Source: Octopus bimaculoides
Taxonomy: Eukaryota
Direction of reading: 5' to 3'
DNA: 36,937 nt
NCBI RefSeq assembly: GCF_001194135.2
Contig: NC_068994.1
Coordinates: 37,515,566 to 37,552,502, forward strand
Part shown: piece after piece, positions 35,827-36,937 of the stretch
Layout: the number at the start of each line of letters is the position of its first letter
Position numbering within the stretch: position 1 is the stretch's first letter
Translations under genes and position numbers: made by a program
The notes under the pieces: generated by a model
Told to the model about the DNA's origin: nothing
Databases searched by the model: none
Seen by the model: only the letters and a program-made list of their open reading frames with translations

Positions 35827-36534
35827 GGAAAATAAAAAATAATAATAATAAGGCAGAATGCTAAACTGAAAGCATATTTTAATATAGATGTGCATAAGGA
35901 GGATTAAAAAGGATTTCTCACCGGTTTTCATTGCATGGCAAATTTTCAAGAAGAGGGGAAATGAAAATAATGTTTTTTACAAAAATATAAAAAATATATA
36001 AAAAAATAAATATACCAATACATTATATTGTCTTTGAGTTTTTAAAGTTCAATGGTAATCCCTGTAGATAATTGTTAGATATATTAGGATGCATGGAATT
36101 AAGAATCATGTTGTGTTAAAAAAGAGGCTGAGTTCATGTGTTAAACAGGAAGTGTATGTGTAAGGGAAGACAATTCTGTGGGTTTTATACTCCTTAGTCA
36201 TGTCACTTCCTGTTTTGACACCACACTTCCTGTTTAACACATAAACTCTCAGCCTTTTTTGAACACATGATTCTTAATTCCATGCATCCTAATCTATCTA
36301 ACAATTATCTACTTGGATTACCATTGAACTTTAAAAACTCAAAGACAATATAATGTATTGGTATATTTATATTTTTATATTTTTGTAAAAAACATTATTT
36401 TCATTTCCCCTCTTCTTGAAAATTTGCCATACAATGAAAGCCGGTTAGAAATCCTTTTTAATCCTCCTTATGCATATCTATATTAAAATATGCCTTTAGT
36501 TTAGCATTCTACCTTATTATTATTATTATTTTCC
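35827..36534. repeat. About 710-bp foldback (arms 35827-36155 and 36223-36534, spacer about 67 bp) with inverted HHR-like motifs
   Basis: Arms are high-identity reverse complements throughout, for example CCAATACATTATATTGTCTTTGAGTTTTTAAAGTTCAATGGTAATCC and its complement. Confidence 0.97.
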
Positions 36535-36535
36535 T

Positions 36536-36937
36536 GAATGGGAGAAAGAGAGCCTGCCTTATGTCGACCCAATAGAGGGACCAGCTATCCGAGTTGATAG
36601 TACCAGGGTAGATAAAGCAATTAAGAGTATGAAGACCGGGAAAGCCCCCGGCCCATCAGGAATCACTGCAGAGATGCTCAAAATATCTGGCAGTGTTGGC
36701 TATAGCCTAGTCACCCGTATTACGAACCAGGTGATACACGAAGGAGTCATACCCTATGACTGGTGTAGCAGCATCATAGTCAACTGCTACAAAGGTAAAG
36801 GGGACGCTTTAGATACAAATAATTACAGAGGCATCAAGCTGTTAGATCAGGTTATGAAAGTTACAGAGAGGGTCATAGCCCAACTAATTAGGGAGCGAAT
36901 CAATTTAGATGAGATGCAGTTTGGGTTCGTGCCAGGT
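36536..36937 (+). mobile_element. 5'-truncated RTE-clade LINE; uninterrupted RT N-terminal reading frame running off the window
   Basis: 134 open codons: EWEKESLPYVDPIEGP..KAIKSMKTGKAPGPSGITAEMLK..IPYDWCSSIIVNCYKGKGDALDTNNYRGIKLL..DEMQFGFVPG (KAPGPxG, PxDW, YKGKGD, NYRGIxLL and QFGF are LINE RT motifs). Confidence 0.93.

Overview
AT-rich, repeat-dominated animal DNA with several N gaps. The SINE/LINE families and dense (TA)n/(TG)n/(ATG)n/(AAT)n tracts look like octopus or another coleoid cephalopod; this is inferred from repeat content only. I find no credible host protein-coding gene: almost every ORF in the track is a microsatellite read-through or runs across Ns. The window holds many tRNA-derived SINEs, fossil RTE-clade LINE pieces (plus one uninterrupted 5'-truncated RT fragment at the right edge), a Tigger/pogo transposase relic, piggyBac-like TTAA MITEs, and a decayed Penelope-like (PLE) GIY-YIG endonuclease followed by a type I hammerhead ribozyme (HHR). 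The most striking signal is about a dozen HHR-like motifs. Six of them sit as inverted pairs inside three large palindromes (31.07-31.30, 34.67-34.91 and 35.83-36.53 kb). Two of those pairs carry a U3-A8 compensatory core instead of the canonical C3-G8. Every copy as written has at least one core or stem defect, so activity is inferred only for reconstructed consensus sequences and is untested. Repeat boundaries are read by eye and approximate.
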